Assembly (NCBI GenBank): GCA_965221775.1
Contig: CBDCSU010000005.1
Location: 320,001 to 384,000 of the forward strand
Origin: Candidatus Latescibacterota bacterium
GTDB taxonomy: Bacteria; Latescibacterota; UBA2968; UBA8231
Direction: 5' to 3'
Length of the DNA stretch: 64,000 nt
Positions 28,858 to 38,540 of the stretch are shown one piece after another. Below the pieces are notes generated by a model that was not told the DNA's origin, did no database searches, and saw only the letters and a list, made by a program, of their open reading frames with translations. Each line of letters starts with the position of its first letter. Position 1 is the first letter of the stretch. The position numbers and the translations under genes are program-made.

Positions 28858-31854
28858 TCACGCCCGTCCGCCTAGGCTTGGCGCATGCACCACGTCGTCA
28901 TCTACCGCGAGCCCGGCCGCTACGCGGGCTGGCCCGCCAACTACGGCATCTGGTCTTGGGGCGACGAGATCGTCGTCGGCTTCACCCTCGGCTACCACGA
29001 CATGGGCGGCGGCTTTCACGCCCGGGACCGCTCGCGGCCCTTCGCCGGCATGCAGGCGCGCAGCCTCGACGGCGGCGTCACCTGGACAACGGAGCCGACC
29101 CCCTGCCGGACGCCCGGAGGCCGGGGCCTGTCCGCCGACGAGCACATGACCCCGGGCCTGCGCGTCGGCGAGGCCCTCCGCGACCGGGACGTGCTGGCCG
29201 AGCCTCCCGGCGGCATCGACTTCTCCCATCCCGACTTCGCTCTCATGTGCGCCAAGACGGGGCTGGATGCGGGCACCGTCTCCTTCTTCTACACCTCCGA
29301 GGACCGCTGCGCCTCGTGGCAAGGCCCCTTCCGGCTCCCCATGTACAGCCCCACCGGCGTGGAAGCGCGCACGGACTACATGGTCGACGGTCCCTCCACC
29401 TGCACCCTCTTCCTCACGGCCACCAAGGCCAACGGCCGGGAGGGGCGCGTACTCTGCGCCCGCACCAGCGACGGCGGGCGCACCTTTCCTCTGCGCGGGT
29501 GGATCGGACCCGAGCCCGAGGGCTTCAGCATCATGCCCGCCGGCCTGCGCACCTCGCCGTCCCGCCTGCTGGCGGCCGTGCGCTGCCGCGGCCCCGAGGA
29601 GGCCGGCCCCGCCGGCAACTGGATCGACCTCTACGCTTCCGAAGACGACGGAGTCACCTGGGCGCTGATGAACCGCCCCGTGGAGAGCACCGGAATCGGG
29701 GGCAACCCCCCCACCCTCGACCGGCTGCACGACGGCCGCCTCTGCCTGGTCTACGGGTACCGGGACGCGCCCCATCAGATGCACGCCAGGTTGAGCGAAG
29801 ACGACGGGACCACGTGGGGCGAACCGATCGTGCTGCGCGACCACGCCGGGTGCCACGACATCGGCTACCCCCGTACCGTGCAGCGGCCGGACGGCACCGT
29901 GGTGACGGTCTACTACTTCTGCGACCGGCCCGACGGCGAGCGCTACCTCGCCGCGACGCTCTGGCGCCCCTAGAGAACCGCGGCCCCCCACGGGCCCCTG
30001 CCGGTGCACCGCCTGCCGGGGGCTTCTCAACAGCTCCCTCAACTGCCCCTCGATCCCTGTCATGAAGGACGGATCGAGCTCCGGCTCCGGGACGACGAAG
30101 GGCAGGCGCCCGAGGCACTCCTCCAGGCGCGCCTGCTCCACCGGCGTCAGGCCGCGGCCGGAGCGGCGTATGGCCTGAGCCCACCGGACCGCCGCCCACA
30201 GGTCCCCCACCGCCGTGAAGGGGGCCTGGCGCCGGGATGCGGCGTAGTACGCCTGGGCCCGGGACATGTCCTCTGCGGCGAAGAGCCGGTCCGCCACCTT
30301 CAGGACCAGCGGAACGTCCACCGCATGCCGGGCGCCCTCGACGACGCCCTGCTGCTCGGCCCGGGTCAGCTGCCGCCACTGCTGGCCGGCCAGGCGCCGG
30401 AAGCGGATGGCGCTGTGGGCGTTGTAGCGGTCCAGGGGAGGGCTGGCCAGCAGCTCCGCCATGTTGTGGTCCACCTGCCACCGCAGCACCGCAAGGTCGC
30501 CCAGAGTCCTCCGGTACTGGTCGTCCTCCTGGAGTCGTCGACCGTCCACGGGGGGAACAACGGCAGCCGGGACCTCGGCCATGGCGGCCACGATGGTGCG
30601 AGCCATCAGGATCTGACCGGCGATGGAGGGATGCACGTGGTCGACCATCAGCCCCCAGCCCACGCCCTCCGGGGGCGCCGCCTCCTCGAAAGCCCTGTCC
30701 ATGTCGGCCAGCACCGCGCCGCTCTCCGCGGCAGCCGCGCGGATGGCCCGGTTGTGGCTGTCGGGGGCGCGCCACGGCATGGTGTCCAGCTCACGCGCGC
30801 GGGCAAAGGCCGAGCGCGCCTCATCGGCGCGGTCGAGCAGCACCAGGGCCCGCCCCTTCAGGTACTGCAGCCAGGCGCTGCCGCCGGCCAGGGCTTCGGC
30901 GCCCTCGAGCCGGGCCAGCGCCCCGGCGGCCGCCTCGGGGCCGGCGGCATCCTGGAGCAGCGCCTCGGCGGCCAACACCAGCCCTGTCTGCCAGGTGGAT
31001 TGCTGCCTGGCCGGCAGGCCCGGGTCTGCGGAGCCAGCGGGCGCGAAGCCGGCGTCGTTGGAAGCGACGGTGCACAGGATGACGGGGACCTGCGCGCGCC
31101 GACAGGCCTCGGTCATGCGGGAGAGATTGGCGGCGAGACAGGCCGGGGCCGACTGCCGGCGCCGGTCCTCCAGGGGCACCGAACCTCGCTCGCCCATCAC
31201 CTGGATCAGGTCGGCGCCGGTGACCTTCGTTCCGAGCACGCGTCCGAGCACAGCGTTCAGCATCCAGGGAACGTGCCCATCCATCAGCGTGTGGCGGAGG
31301 CGGTTGCTCACGGGACTCCAGCGGCTGACGGCGCCGTCGATGCCGTAGTACTCGTTGTGCCCCGAGTAGACCACGACGAGATCGGGCTCCAACCGCATGG
31401 CGTCCTCCAGCACCTGGGCCACCGCGAAGCTGGCCAGGGCGGGGATGCCCAGGTTGAAGACCTGCACCTCCCGTCCGGGCCAGGCATCGGCGAGCATGGC
31501 TTCCAGAAAGGCGGGAGCCGACAGGGAGCGGGGATGGGGAAAGCCCCTTACGGTGGAGGCGCCGACAAAGGCGATCCGGAAGGGGTCCGGGGACGCGGGT
31601 TCGAGGAAGGGGTGGGCATCCATGCGCCCGCTGGCCATGAGCCGGCCCTGGTGGCGGGCGAGGAAGTACCGCTTCGGATACGACGGGTTGACGCTGCGCA
31701 ACCGCTGCCTCCCGTGCTCGGACAGGGTCACCAGGAACGGCGGTGGCCCGCCGGCGTCCACGAGCCGCAGACCCGCCTCCGCCGCCGCCAGGACGCCGAA
31801 GCCCAGGGCGAGGGCCGCCAGCCGAAACATCCACGCCCGCCTCCGCTCGGCCAT
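28858..31854 (-). CDS. SGNH/GDSL hydrolase plus TPR protein. Protein-like part ~30030-31854; the frame stays open antisense through the sialidase gene
   Basis: N-terminal TM; FVGASTVRGFP, VFNLG, YSGHNEYYG, DHVHP catalytic blocks; TPR-like helices. Confidence 0.75.
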   Translation of the reverse strand: MAERRRAWMFRLAALALGFGVLAAAEAGLRLVDAGGPPPFLVTLSEHGRQRLRSVNPSYPKRYFLARHQGRLMASGRMDAHPFLEPASPDPFRIAFVGASTVRGFPHPRSLSAPAFLEAMLADAWPGREVQVFNLGIPALASFAVAQVLEDAMRLEPDLVVVYSGHNEYYGIDGAVSRWSPVSNRLRHTLMDGHVPWMLNAVLGRVLGTKVTGADLIQVMGERGSVPLEDRRRQSAPACLAANLSRMTEACRRAQVPVILCTVASNDAGFAPAGSADPGLPARQQSTWQTGLVLAAEALLQDAAGPEAAAGALARLEGAEALAGGSAWLQYLKGRALVLLDRADEARSAFARARELDTMPWRAPDSHNRAIRAAAAESGAVLADMDRAFEEAAPPEGVGWGLMVDHVHPSIAGQILMARTIVAAMAEVPAAVVPPVDGRRLQEDDQYRRTLGDLAVLRWQVDHNMAELLASPPLDRYNAHSAIRFRRLAGQQWRQLTRAEQQGVVEGARHAVDVPLVLKVADRLFAAEDMSRAQAYYAASRRQAPFTAVGDLWAAVRWAQAIRRSGRGLTPVEQARLEECLGRLPFVVPEPELDPSFMTGIEGQLRELLRSPRQAVHRQGPVGGRGSLGAPERRGEVALAVGPVAEVVDRHHGAVRPLHGTGVADVVAPGVVAQHDRFAPRGPVVFAQPGVHLMGRVPVPVDQAEAAVVQPVEGGGVAPDSGALHGAVHQRPGDSVVFGSVEVDPVAGGAGLLGAAAAHGRQQAGRRGAQAGGHDAEALGLGSDPPAQRKGAPAVAGAGAEYAPLPAVGLGGREEEGAGGGTVDHVVRARFHAGGAVHGEPEGALPRGAAVLGGVEEGDGARIQPRLGAHESEVGMGEVDAAGRLGQHVPVAEGLADAQARGHVLVGGQAPASGRPAGGRLRCPGDAAVEAARLHAGEGPRAVPGVKAAAHVVVAEGEADDDLVAPRPDAVVGGPARVAAGLAVDDDVVHAPSLGGRA
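28885..29973 (+). CDS. Sialidase-family / BNR Asp-box beta-propeller protein
   Basis: Asp boxes RSLDGGVTW, TSDGGRTF, SEDDGVTW, SEDDGTTW; DIGYP...VTVYY. Confidence 0.85.
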   Translation: MHHVVIYREPGRYAGWPANYGIWSWGDEIVVGFTLGYHDMGGGFHARDRSRPFAGMQARSLDGGVTWTTEPTPCRTPGGRGLSADEHMTPGLRVGEALRDRDVLAEPPGGIDFSHPDFALMCAKTGLDAGTVSFFYTSEDRCASWQGPFRLPMYSPTGVEARTDYMVDGPSTCTLFLTATKANGREGRVLCARTSDGGRTFPLRGWIGPEPEGFSIMPAGLRTSPSRLLAAVRCRGPEEAGPAGNWIDLYASEDDGVTWALMNRPVESTGIGGNPPTLDRLHDGRLCLVYGYRDAPHQMHARLSEDDGTTWGEPIVLRDHAGCHDIGYPRTVQRPDGTVVTVYYFCDRPDGERYLAATLWRP

Positions 31855-31861
31855 GACAGCG

Positions 31862-32701
31862 TCAGGGACTGCTTCGGAGAAGGCGGGCCCCGATGGAGGC
31901 GGCACGGGCCTGGGGCCACGCATGGAAACGGTTGGCGGAGCGCAGACGCTGGGCCCCGTTGTGGTGGAAGTACCCGCCGCGATAGACGCGTTGTTCACCG
32001 GCGGACGGGCCGGGCGGATCGGCGCCCGGAGCCTGGCCGTAGTAGTCTGCGGCGTACCAGTCCGCTACCCACTCATTCACGTTGCCGTGCATGTCGTGGA
32101 GCCCCCACGGATTGGGACTTCGGGTAGCCACGGCCTGGGCGTGGCGCCTTCCCGCGTCCCAGGTGTTGCCCGTGTGCCAGGCGTAGTCACCGAGGATCGA
32201 AGGGTCGTCGCCGAAGGACCAGCGCGTCGTGGTCCCGCCCCGACAGGCGTACTCCCACTCCGCCTCGGTAGGGAGACGGTAGAGATCGGCACCGGCCAGG
32301 GCGTTCAGCCGTTCCACGAATCCCTGCACCTCGTCCCAGGAGACATTCACCGCCGGGTATTCCGGCCCCTCCTCCACGAAGTCCAGACCCGCCCAGGGGC
32401 GGCTGCCCATGACCGCCTCCCACTGGGCCTGGGTGATCTCCGTGCGCCCCAGATGGAAGGGCCGGGTGATCCTCACCTCCCTGAGGGGGCTCTCGTCGGC
32501 GTCCCTCCCCGGCTCGGTAACCGGCGAGCCCCTGAGAAAAACGCCCGAGTCGATCCGCACGAATTCCATCTCCAGGCCCCCGGGCAGCTCCGCCACCAGG
32601 GCGGGGCGGCTGCCCCCGCCCGCTGAATCCTCCTCCTGCGCACACCCCAGGCCGAGGGCTCCCGTGGCCAGCACGGCCATCTGCCTTGCCACCGAGGGCA
32701 T
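31862..32701 (-). CDS. FGE-sulfatase (SUMF1) fold lipoprotein
   Basis: LGLGC lipobox; TEITQAQW, RLPTEAEWEYACRGG, NPWGLHDMHGNVNEW; lacks the catalytic Cys pair. Confidence 0.85.
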   Translation of the reverse strand: MPSVARQMAVLATGALGLGCAQEEDSAGGGSRPALVAELPGGLEMEFVRIDSGVFLRGSPVTEPGRDADESPLREVRITRPFHLGRTEITQAQWEAVMGSRPWAGLDFVEEGPEYPAVNVSWDEVQGFVERLNALAGADLYRLPTEAEWEYACRGGTTTRWSFGDDPSILGDYAWHTGNTWDAGRRHAQAVATRSPNPWGLHDMHGNVNEWVADWYAADYYGQAPGADPPGPSAGEQRVYRGGYFHHNGAQRLRSANRFHAWPQARAASIGARLLRSSP

Positions 32702-32704
32702 GGC

Positions 32705-33952
32705 TCAGAAGGCGGTCTCGGCGCGTGTGTCCATGAACTGGAGGGTGCAGTCCACGGTGACCCGCGCCGACAGCCCCTGCAGGACCTGCGAAACCAGACC
32801 CGAAGCCGGCCGGCCGCCGGGCGGGCCCGTTCCGGCCGTGTCCGCCGCAGCTCCCTCTCCCCTCATGGGGCCGCCGGAGGGGCGGAAGCGCCAGGCGCGC
32901 ATCCGGGCCGCCATGCACCCACCCACCGCCTCGCTGACCACCGTCGAGGAAATCACCTCCGCCTCGGCGACCGTGCCGGGAGGCAGGATCACGAATCTGA
33001 CCGATACCTCCCCTTCCGAGGCCCTCCCGGCAAGGGACTCGCGGGCAAAGCACTCGTTGAGCTCGTCCAGGCGAGACTTGATGTGGGCCTCGACGGCCGT
33101 CACGTCCCGGGTGATGTCACCCGTCACGTTGCCGACCACTCGAGTGCCGGGACTCAACTCCGCGCGCGACACCTCCCTGGAGACGGACTGACGCTGCTCC
33201 TGGTACTCCGCCACCTCGATCCGACGGTCGAAGTCGAAGCCGATGTCGATCGTCTCCAGCGGTTTGCCGAAGGTGTTGAACTTGAGGACGAAGTCCCTCA
33301 GGTTGAGACGGACGCCCTCGACGTCGGAGTCGAGTGGATCGAAGACGATGAACCCCCCGTACTCCTCGCCCCGGAAGATCCGCTCGCCCACGCCGTAGTT
33401 GTTGGTCCGAACCAGCCCCATGCGCATGTTGAAACGGTAGTACTCGTTGCCGCTGGGTCCCCGGAGACTCCGGTAGTAGGACTCGAAGTTTCTCGTCGAC
33501 GAACCGGCCAGGACCCCGTAGGGCTCCAGGAGCTCTCCCGGCCGGTCGGTGGTCAGGAACGACCGCAGCGGCTGCAGCTCGACCTTGGCGAAGGAGTAGT
33601 TGTGCACGGTGACCCGGAAGACGGTGAAGCGGTTGCGCACGTAGCCGACGGCCGGGTCGATGTAGTCTCCGTAGGTGTACGGATTCGTCGAGTACTCTCC
33701 CTCGCTGGACTCGGCCGGGAAGAGGTCGTTCAACTCCTGGTCGGTCATGTGCTCCACGTCGATCCGCAGGCCCTCCAGCCCGAAGGAGACCGTGCCCCCC
33801 TCTCCGACGGAGAAGCTGTCTCCCTGCTCCCCGCGCGGGGAGAGGGAGGAGGTCCGCTGGTAGATCGGCGGGTAGATGACGCTGCAACCGAGAAGCGCGG
33901 GGATGAGGAGGGCCAGCAGTGGCGCCGGGAGGCCTCGCCAGAGGTTTCTCAT
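32705..33952 (-). CDS. Lipoprotein with a C-terminal AgmX/PglI-type TonB-C-like domain
   Basis: ALLGC lipobox; LNECF...GEVSVRFVILPPGTV...SSTV...VGGCM...WRF. Confidence 0.7.
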   Translation of the reverse strand: MRNLWRGLPAPLLALLIPALLGCSVIYPPIYQRTSSLSPRGEQGDSFSVGEGGTVSFGLEGLRIDVEHMTDQELNDLFPAESSEGEYSTNPYTYGDYIDPAVGYVRNRFTVFRVTVHNYSFAKVELQPLRSFLTTDRPGELLEPYGVLAGSSTRNFESYYRSLRGPSGNEYYRFNMRMGLVRTNNYGVGERIFRGEEYGGFIVFDPLDSDVEGVRLNLRDFVLKFNTFGKPLETIDIGFDFDRRIEVAEYQEQRQSVSREVSRAELSPGTRVVGNVTGDITRDVTAVEAHIKSRLDELNECFARESLAGRASEGEVSVRFVILPPGTVAEAEVISSTVVSEAVGGCMAARMRAWRFRPSGGPMRGEGAAADTAGTGPPGGRPASGLVSQVLQGLSARVTVDCTLQFMDTRAETAF

Positions 33953-33989
33953 GGTCGTTGAAGCACCCCTCTTCGAGAAGGCCGGGTCA

Positions 33990-35216
33990 TCAGCGGCCGG
34001 CCTGGTTGTAGAAGTCGATCTGCTGCTGGGCGATGGAGCCCTTCTGGGTGAGGGCGAAGACCACGAGGTTCACTCCGAGCTTGAGCTGGGGCTCGTTCTC
34101 CGTCTCCCGTTCCCAGATCGCTCCGTAGCCCTTGTCCGAGTAGACGGCCACCAGCCGGTCACGGAGGTAGATGCCCTCCAGCCAGTAGGAAGGCCGGCGG
34201 GTAGCGGCGTACTGGTTGGAGGCGTTGATCACCTCCCCGCCCAGCGGCGGGCCGCCGTCGAAATCGAAGAAGACGTGGTAGATGGGGTTGTCGTCCCGCA
34301 GCGGCACGAAGCGCGCGTCCCGCCCCAGGGCCTGCTTGAACATCGCCTTCATCGAGGCCTCGGCCGGGCCGTACTCCAGACGCGGAGCGTCGTTGTCCGC
34401 CAGCACGAAGCCGCCGTTGCGCAGGTACTTCCCCAGGTTGGCCGCCTCGTGCTTGGTCAGCTCGAAGGCCGACCGGGTGGTGATGTAGACGAAGGGGGCC
34501 TTGAAGAGGGCCTGGGAGTCGAGGTACATCTGCTCGTCCACCTTGGCCTCGATCCGGGTCCAGTTGTTGATCCAGCGGGCCAGCTGGAGCAGCGCCCGGG
34601 GCCGGGACGGCTCGAGGATCGTCCCCCAGGCGCGGGCCAGGTAGACGAAGCCGGTGACGTTGGTCTTGTCCGTGGGATCCTGGATCACCATTCCCTTGTA
34701 CCGGCCGGTGTTGATGGCCGACAGGTCCAGGAACTCCGCCTGCATGTCGATCCGTCTCTCGGGCTCCTTCATGCTGGCGATGCTGACCGCCTCGAAGCGG
34801 GGCATGGCCACCACGGCGTCGCCCAGGCCGGTGCCCGCGGCAACGGTGAACTCCGCGCTTCCCCCGGTCCGGCTCCACATGCGCGTGCCCACGGGCATGC
34901 CCGCCCTCGCCATGCGCCGTCCGCTCACCGTGGTGGTGGTGCGGTCGCCGCTCGAGCGGACCACGGGGGTGCCTTCGGGGACGGCCTCCTTCCGGAAGGC
35001 GAACTCGCGGGTCAGCTGCGGCTCGGGAAGGAAGAAGGGGGTCTTCTCCTCGTCCCACTCGATGCGGGCCACCACCTCCTCCTCTTCCTCCTCCCGCGGC
35101 ACCAGGTAGAGGAAGAGCACCAGGGCGTGAAGCGCCGCCGAGGCCGCCAGGCCGGCATGGAAGAGGCGGCGATGGCGGGACAGGACCCGCAGGGACCCGC
35201 TCTGTCGAGGACTCAC
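33990..35216 (-). CDS. DUF4159-domain protein with N-terminal TM anchor
   Basis: SAALHAL TM (TonB-like SxxxH), poly-Glu, PFVYIT, LGKYLRNGGFVLAD, PIYHVFFDF, KLGVNLVVFALT. Confidence 0.75.
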   Translation of the reverse strand: MSPRQSGSLRVLSRHRRLFHAGLAASAALHALVLFLYLVPREEEEEEVVARIEWDEEKTPFFLPEPQLTREFAFRKEAVPEGTPVVRSSGDRTTTTVSGRRMARAGMPVGTRMWSRTGGSAEFTVAAGTGLGDAVVAMPRFEAVSIASMKEPERRIDMQAEFLDLSAINTGRYKGMVIQDPTDKTNVTGFVYLARAWGTILEPSRPRALLQLARWINNWTRIEAKVDEQMYLDSQALFKAPFVYITTRSAFELTKHEAANLGKYLRNGGFVLADNDAPRLEYGPAEASMKAMFKQALGRDARFVPLRDDNPIYHVFFDFDGGPPLGGEVINASNQYAATRRPSYWLEGIYLRDRLVAVYSDKGYGAIWERETENEPQLKLGVNLVVFALTQKGSIAQQQIDFYNQAGR

Positions 35217-38200
35217 AGGTGCTTCCTCTCGATGGTGTGGCGCCGCCGTTCGCAGAACTCCATCATCCGCGGCGTCACGCGGTCATTGCCCTGCTCTCCC
35301 TGGGTGATGACGTCGCTGAAGGCATCCACGGCCTTCTGCCATTCCCCGAGCTGCTGAAAGCACACCCCCACGTTCATCTTGGCCGCCAGGCCGCTCGAGG
35401 TCATCGGGTACTGCCGCCACACGGCTTCGAGGGGGCCGATGACCTGGCGGACCAGGTCGCGGTCGTCTTCCGCGAGGGCCCGGTTGAAGGCCTCCATGGC
35501 GCCGTTGTACTCCCGGAAGGCGACCGCCTCCTGCACCTCCTGCAGCACCCCTTCGGCGGCGCGGGCGGCCTCGGATTCCGGGAAGTCGGCCCGGAGCCCC
35601 TGGAACAACTCGTAGGCCCGGCCGTAGTCGCCGGCGTTGTAGCTCATCTCGGCCAAGGTGTACCTGGCCGTGGCGAGGTGGCGCCCCGCCGGGTAGCGGG
35701 TCAGGTACTCCTCCATGGCCTGCCGCACCGCGGCCCGGTGCTCTGCCGAAGGTTCCGCCGGCGCCTCGTTGAGCAGACACCAGGCGATGTTGTAGAGCGC
35801 CTCCTCGGCCAGCCCGGTCTCCGGGAAGCGCCGGATCACCTGGCGGTAGGTCTGCCGCGCTTCCCCGTAGGCCCCCGAGTTGTAGCGGCTCTCGGCCAGG
35901 CGGAAGAGGGCATCGGCGGCCACATCCAGATCCGGGTACTGGTCGACGACGCCCGCGAAGTAGGGGATGGCCCTGCTGAAGCGGGCCTCGTTGAAGTGCG
36001 CATAGCCGAGGTAGTACCGGGCATACCCGGCATTCGGATGTCCGGGGTCCTCGGCCAGCATCCGGATGAAGCTGGCCGCGGCCAGGTCGGCACGGTCGGT
36101 CTGGAGCGCTGCCAGACCCCGCAGGAACAGGAGGTCGGCGGCGTAGAAGCCCCCCGGGAAGGCGCGCAGACCCGCGTCGGCCCGGTCGAAGGCGCGCTCG
36201 AACTCCTCGATCCGCACCGCCGACTCGGCCTGCAGGAACCAGGCCTTCTCGCGCAGGTGGTACGGCCGCTCTTCCGGGAGGGGCCCCTCCTTCAGATCCA
36301 GGCCGATGATCTCCTCGCAGGCGGCGGAGGCCTCGGCGTAGCGGCCCTGACGGTTGGCGATCTCCGCCTCCGCCAGCAGGTGCTCCGCGCGCTCCAGGGG
36401 ACCGGCCGCCGCGAGCGCCATCCGCCGGTAGATCTCCTGGGCCCGGTCGTACTCTCCGAGGTTGGCCCAGGCCGCCGCCAGGAGGCGCCGGGCCGCGGAG
36501 GACAGCTCCGGGTCGGTCCACTCCCGGTTCAGATCCTCCAGGGCCTCGGAGTACCGCTCCATGCGGAACAACAGCGAACCGCGGCTGTACGCAGCCCGCT
36601 CCCGCAGGTCGGGATCGCCCAGGCCGATGACCGCGGCGAAGTGCGCCAGGGCGGTTTCCTGCTCTCCCAGCTGCATTGAGGCGGAGGCGAGCAGGTAGTG
36701 GAGAGCCTGACTCTCGGGCCGGTCCTTCGCCTCCAGGCCTTGCTGCAGCACCGCCACCGCCTGGCGGTGCTCTCCCTCCTGCACCAGGAGCTGCCCGGCC
36801 TCCAGGCGCGACCGGGCGAAGAGCTCCGCTTCCCTCCGCACGGCCAGCAGCTCCGCCAGGGCCCGCTCCTGGTTCCCCGCGTCCCTCTCGACGATCCCCA
36901 ACTCGAAGCGGGCCACATCCTCTTCGGGCTTGTCCTCCAGCTCGGCGATCACCGTGCGGTAGGTCTCCGCCGCCAGGGCGTGGTCGCCGCGGCCATGGTG
37001 GATCCGGGCGATCTGGAAGAGGGCGCTCTGGCGGTACCCTTCCGCGTTGGGGGCCTCGGCCACGCTTCCCAGGAAGACCAGGGCTTCGCCCACCTTGTCC
37101 TGCTGGTCCTGCAGCTGAATGGCCAATCCCAGGTTGAACCGCAACTCCACGTCGTAGGGGGATCCCGGGTACGCCGCCAGGGTGGCGCGCAACTCGCTCT
37201 CGGCGCGGCGATAGTAGTCCAGGCGCTCCTCTTCGGGTTGCCTGTCCGCCACGCGGAACCAGGCCCGGGCGACCTGCAGGGCCACGCCCTCGACGGCGAG
37301 GCCGGCCCGCGCGGCGGCGGCCTCGTAGTTCGTCCGGTAGACCTCGTACTCACGCACCGCCTCCTCGTAGTGCCCGGTCTCGAAGTAGCGGTTGGCCAGC
37401 AGGAGCTGCATGCGCGCCTTCTGCACGACATCGCCCGTCGCCTCGATGGCCTGGTGGTAGACGGCGACGACGGCGGCGAAGTCCCCCCGCCGGTAGTGCA
37501 TGTCCGCCTGGCGCAGGTACGCCTCTTCGGCGAGCCGCTGCTCCTCGGCAAAGCGTGAGGCCACCAGCTGGAAGGACTCCTCGGCCTGGGCGTACTGCCC
37601 CGTCTTCTCGTGGCACTCGCCGATGCGGATGAGGGCCTTGGCCGCCAGGTCGAGAGCGGTCTCGTCGACGAGGCCGGCGATCTTCTGCCGCTTCATCCGC
37701 AGGATCTCGCGTTCGGACATCTCCTCGATGCGCTGGGAATCGACCAGCCGCTGGTAGAAGGGGATGGCCTCCCGGTAGTTCTCCAGGGCGAAGTGGCCCT
37801 CGCCGATCTGGAACAGGGCCCGGCTGCCGCGGTAGCCGCCGGGAAAGCGCTCAACGAGGCGCTCGAAGGCGGCTATGCTGTTGGCATAGTCCTCCATGTC
37901 ATAGTGGGCCCACCCGACATCGTACATCGCCTGTTCGACATAGGCGCTCGACGGATAGCGCTCGATGAGGAGGCCCGCCCCCTCGATGGTGCGCTCGTAA
38001 TCCTGAATGGCGTACCAGCAGGCCACGGCGCGGCTGCGGGCCAGGGCCTTCAGCGCCGGGACGGTGGACAGCTCCTCGGTCTCCACGAAGGCGTCGGCCG
38101 CCTCTCCGAAGAGGGACCTGGCGCGGTCCTGGTACCGGGAACGCCTTGCCGGGTCGCGGCTCCTGGCGGCGCTGGCGAGGGCCTCCTCGGCGGACTTGAA

Positions 38201-38527
38201 GTGCGCATTCCCGACCTGGTACCGGGCCACCTCCTGCAGCGGCGCCGTGATCTGGCCGACGGTCACCTCCACGTCCCGCATCTGCAGGAAACGGCTCTGG
38301 CTCCGGATGATGCGCCGATAGCCCTCGATCGCCTGGTCGTAGGCTCCCGAGGCGTAGAACTTCTGCGCGTCGGCGAAGGTCGCCTGCATCTCCGGGGCCG
38401 TGGGCACCGACCGGGTGACGGCGATCATCGCCGTCAGGCCTACCAGGGTGATCAACGCGACCATGGTCCGTTCCCTCCGACCGGGCGCGGTCGGTACGCG
38501 CCCCGCCTCGGCTTCCTCCGTCGACAC
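35213..38527 (-). CDS. Large TPR-repeat protein (YbgF/BamD-like repeats), N-terminally anchored
   Basis: Many TPR units (AMYDVGWAHY, ALFQIGEGHF, ARYYLGYAHF, ALFRLAESRY, ALYNIAW). Confidence 0.85.
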   Translation of the reverse strand: MSTEEAEAGRVPTAPGRRERTMVALITLVGLTAMIAVTRSVPTAPEMQATFADAQKFYASGAYDQAIEGYRRIIRSQSRFLQMRDVEVTVGQITAPLQEVARYQVGNAHFKSAEEALASAARSRDPARRSRYQDRARSLFGEAADAFVETEELSTVPALKALARSRAVACWYAIQDYERTIEGAGLLIERYPSSAYVEQAMYDVGWAHYDMEDYANSIAAFERLVERFPGGYRGSRALFQIGEGHFALENYREAIPFYQRLVDSQRIEEMSEREILRMKRQKIAGLVDETALDLAAKALIRIGECHEKTGQYAQAEESFQLVASRFAEEQRLAEEAYLRQADMHYRRGDFAAVVAVYHQAIEATGDVVQKARMQLLLANRYFETGHYEEAVREYEVYRTNYEAAAARAGLAVEGVALQVARAWFRVADRQPEEERLDYYRRAESELRATLAAYPGSPYDVELRFNLGLAIQLQDQQDKVGEALVFLGSVAEAPNAEGYRQSALFQIARIHHGRGDHALAAETYRTVIAELEDKPEEDVARFELGIVERDAGNQERALAELLAVRREAELFARSRLEAGQLLVQEGEHRQAVAVLQQGLEAKDRPESQALHYLLASASMQLGEQETALAHFAAVIGLGDPDLRERAAYSRGSLLFRMERYSEALEDLNREWTDPELSSAARRLLAAAWANLGEYDRAQEIYRRMALAAAGPLERAEHLLAEAEIANRQGRYAEASAACEEIIGLDLKEGPLPEERPYHLREKAWFLQAESAVRIEEFERAFDRADAGLRAFPGGFYAADLLFLRGLAALQTDRADLAAASFIRMLAEDPGHPNAGYARYYLGYAHFNEARFSRAIPYFAGVVDQYPDLDVAADALFRLAESRYNSGAYGEARQTYRQVIRRFPETGLAEEALYNIAWCLLNEAPAEPSAEHRAAVRQAMEEYLTRYPAGRHLATARYTLAEMSYNAGDYGRAYELFQGLRADFPESEAARAAEGVLQEVQEAVAFREYNGAMEAFNRALAEDDRDLVRQVIGPLEAVWRQYPMTSSGLAAKMNVGVCFQQLGEWQKAVDAFSDVITQGEQGNDRVTPRMMEFCERRRHTIERKHL

Positions 38528-38540
38528 TGGAAGGCAGATC

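Noticed and set aside
31862-32701. FGE-fold protein as a DGR target or true formylglycine-generating enzyme
   Set aside because: No template repeat of its 3' end was seen, and the catalytic Cys pair is absent.
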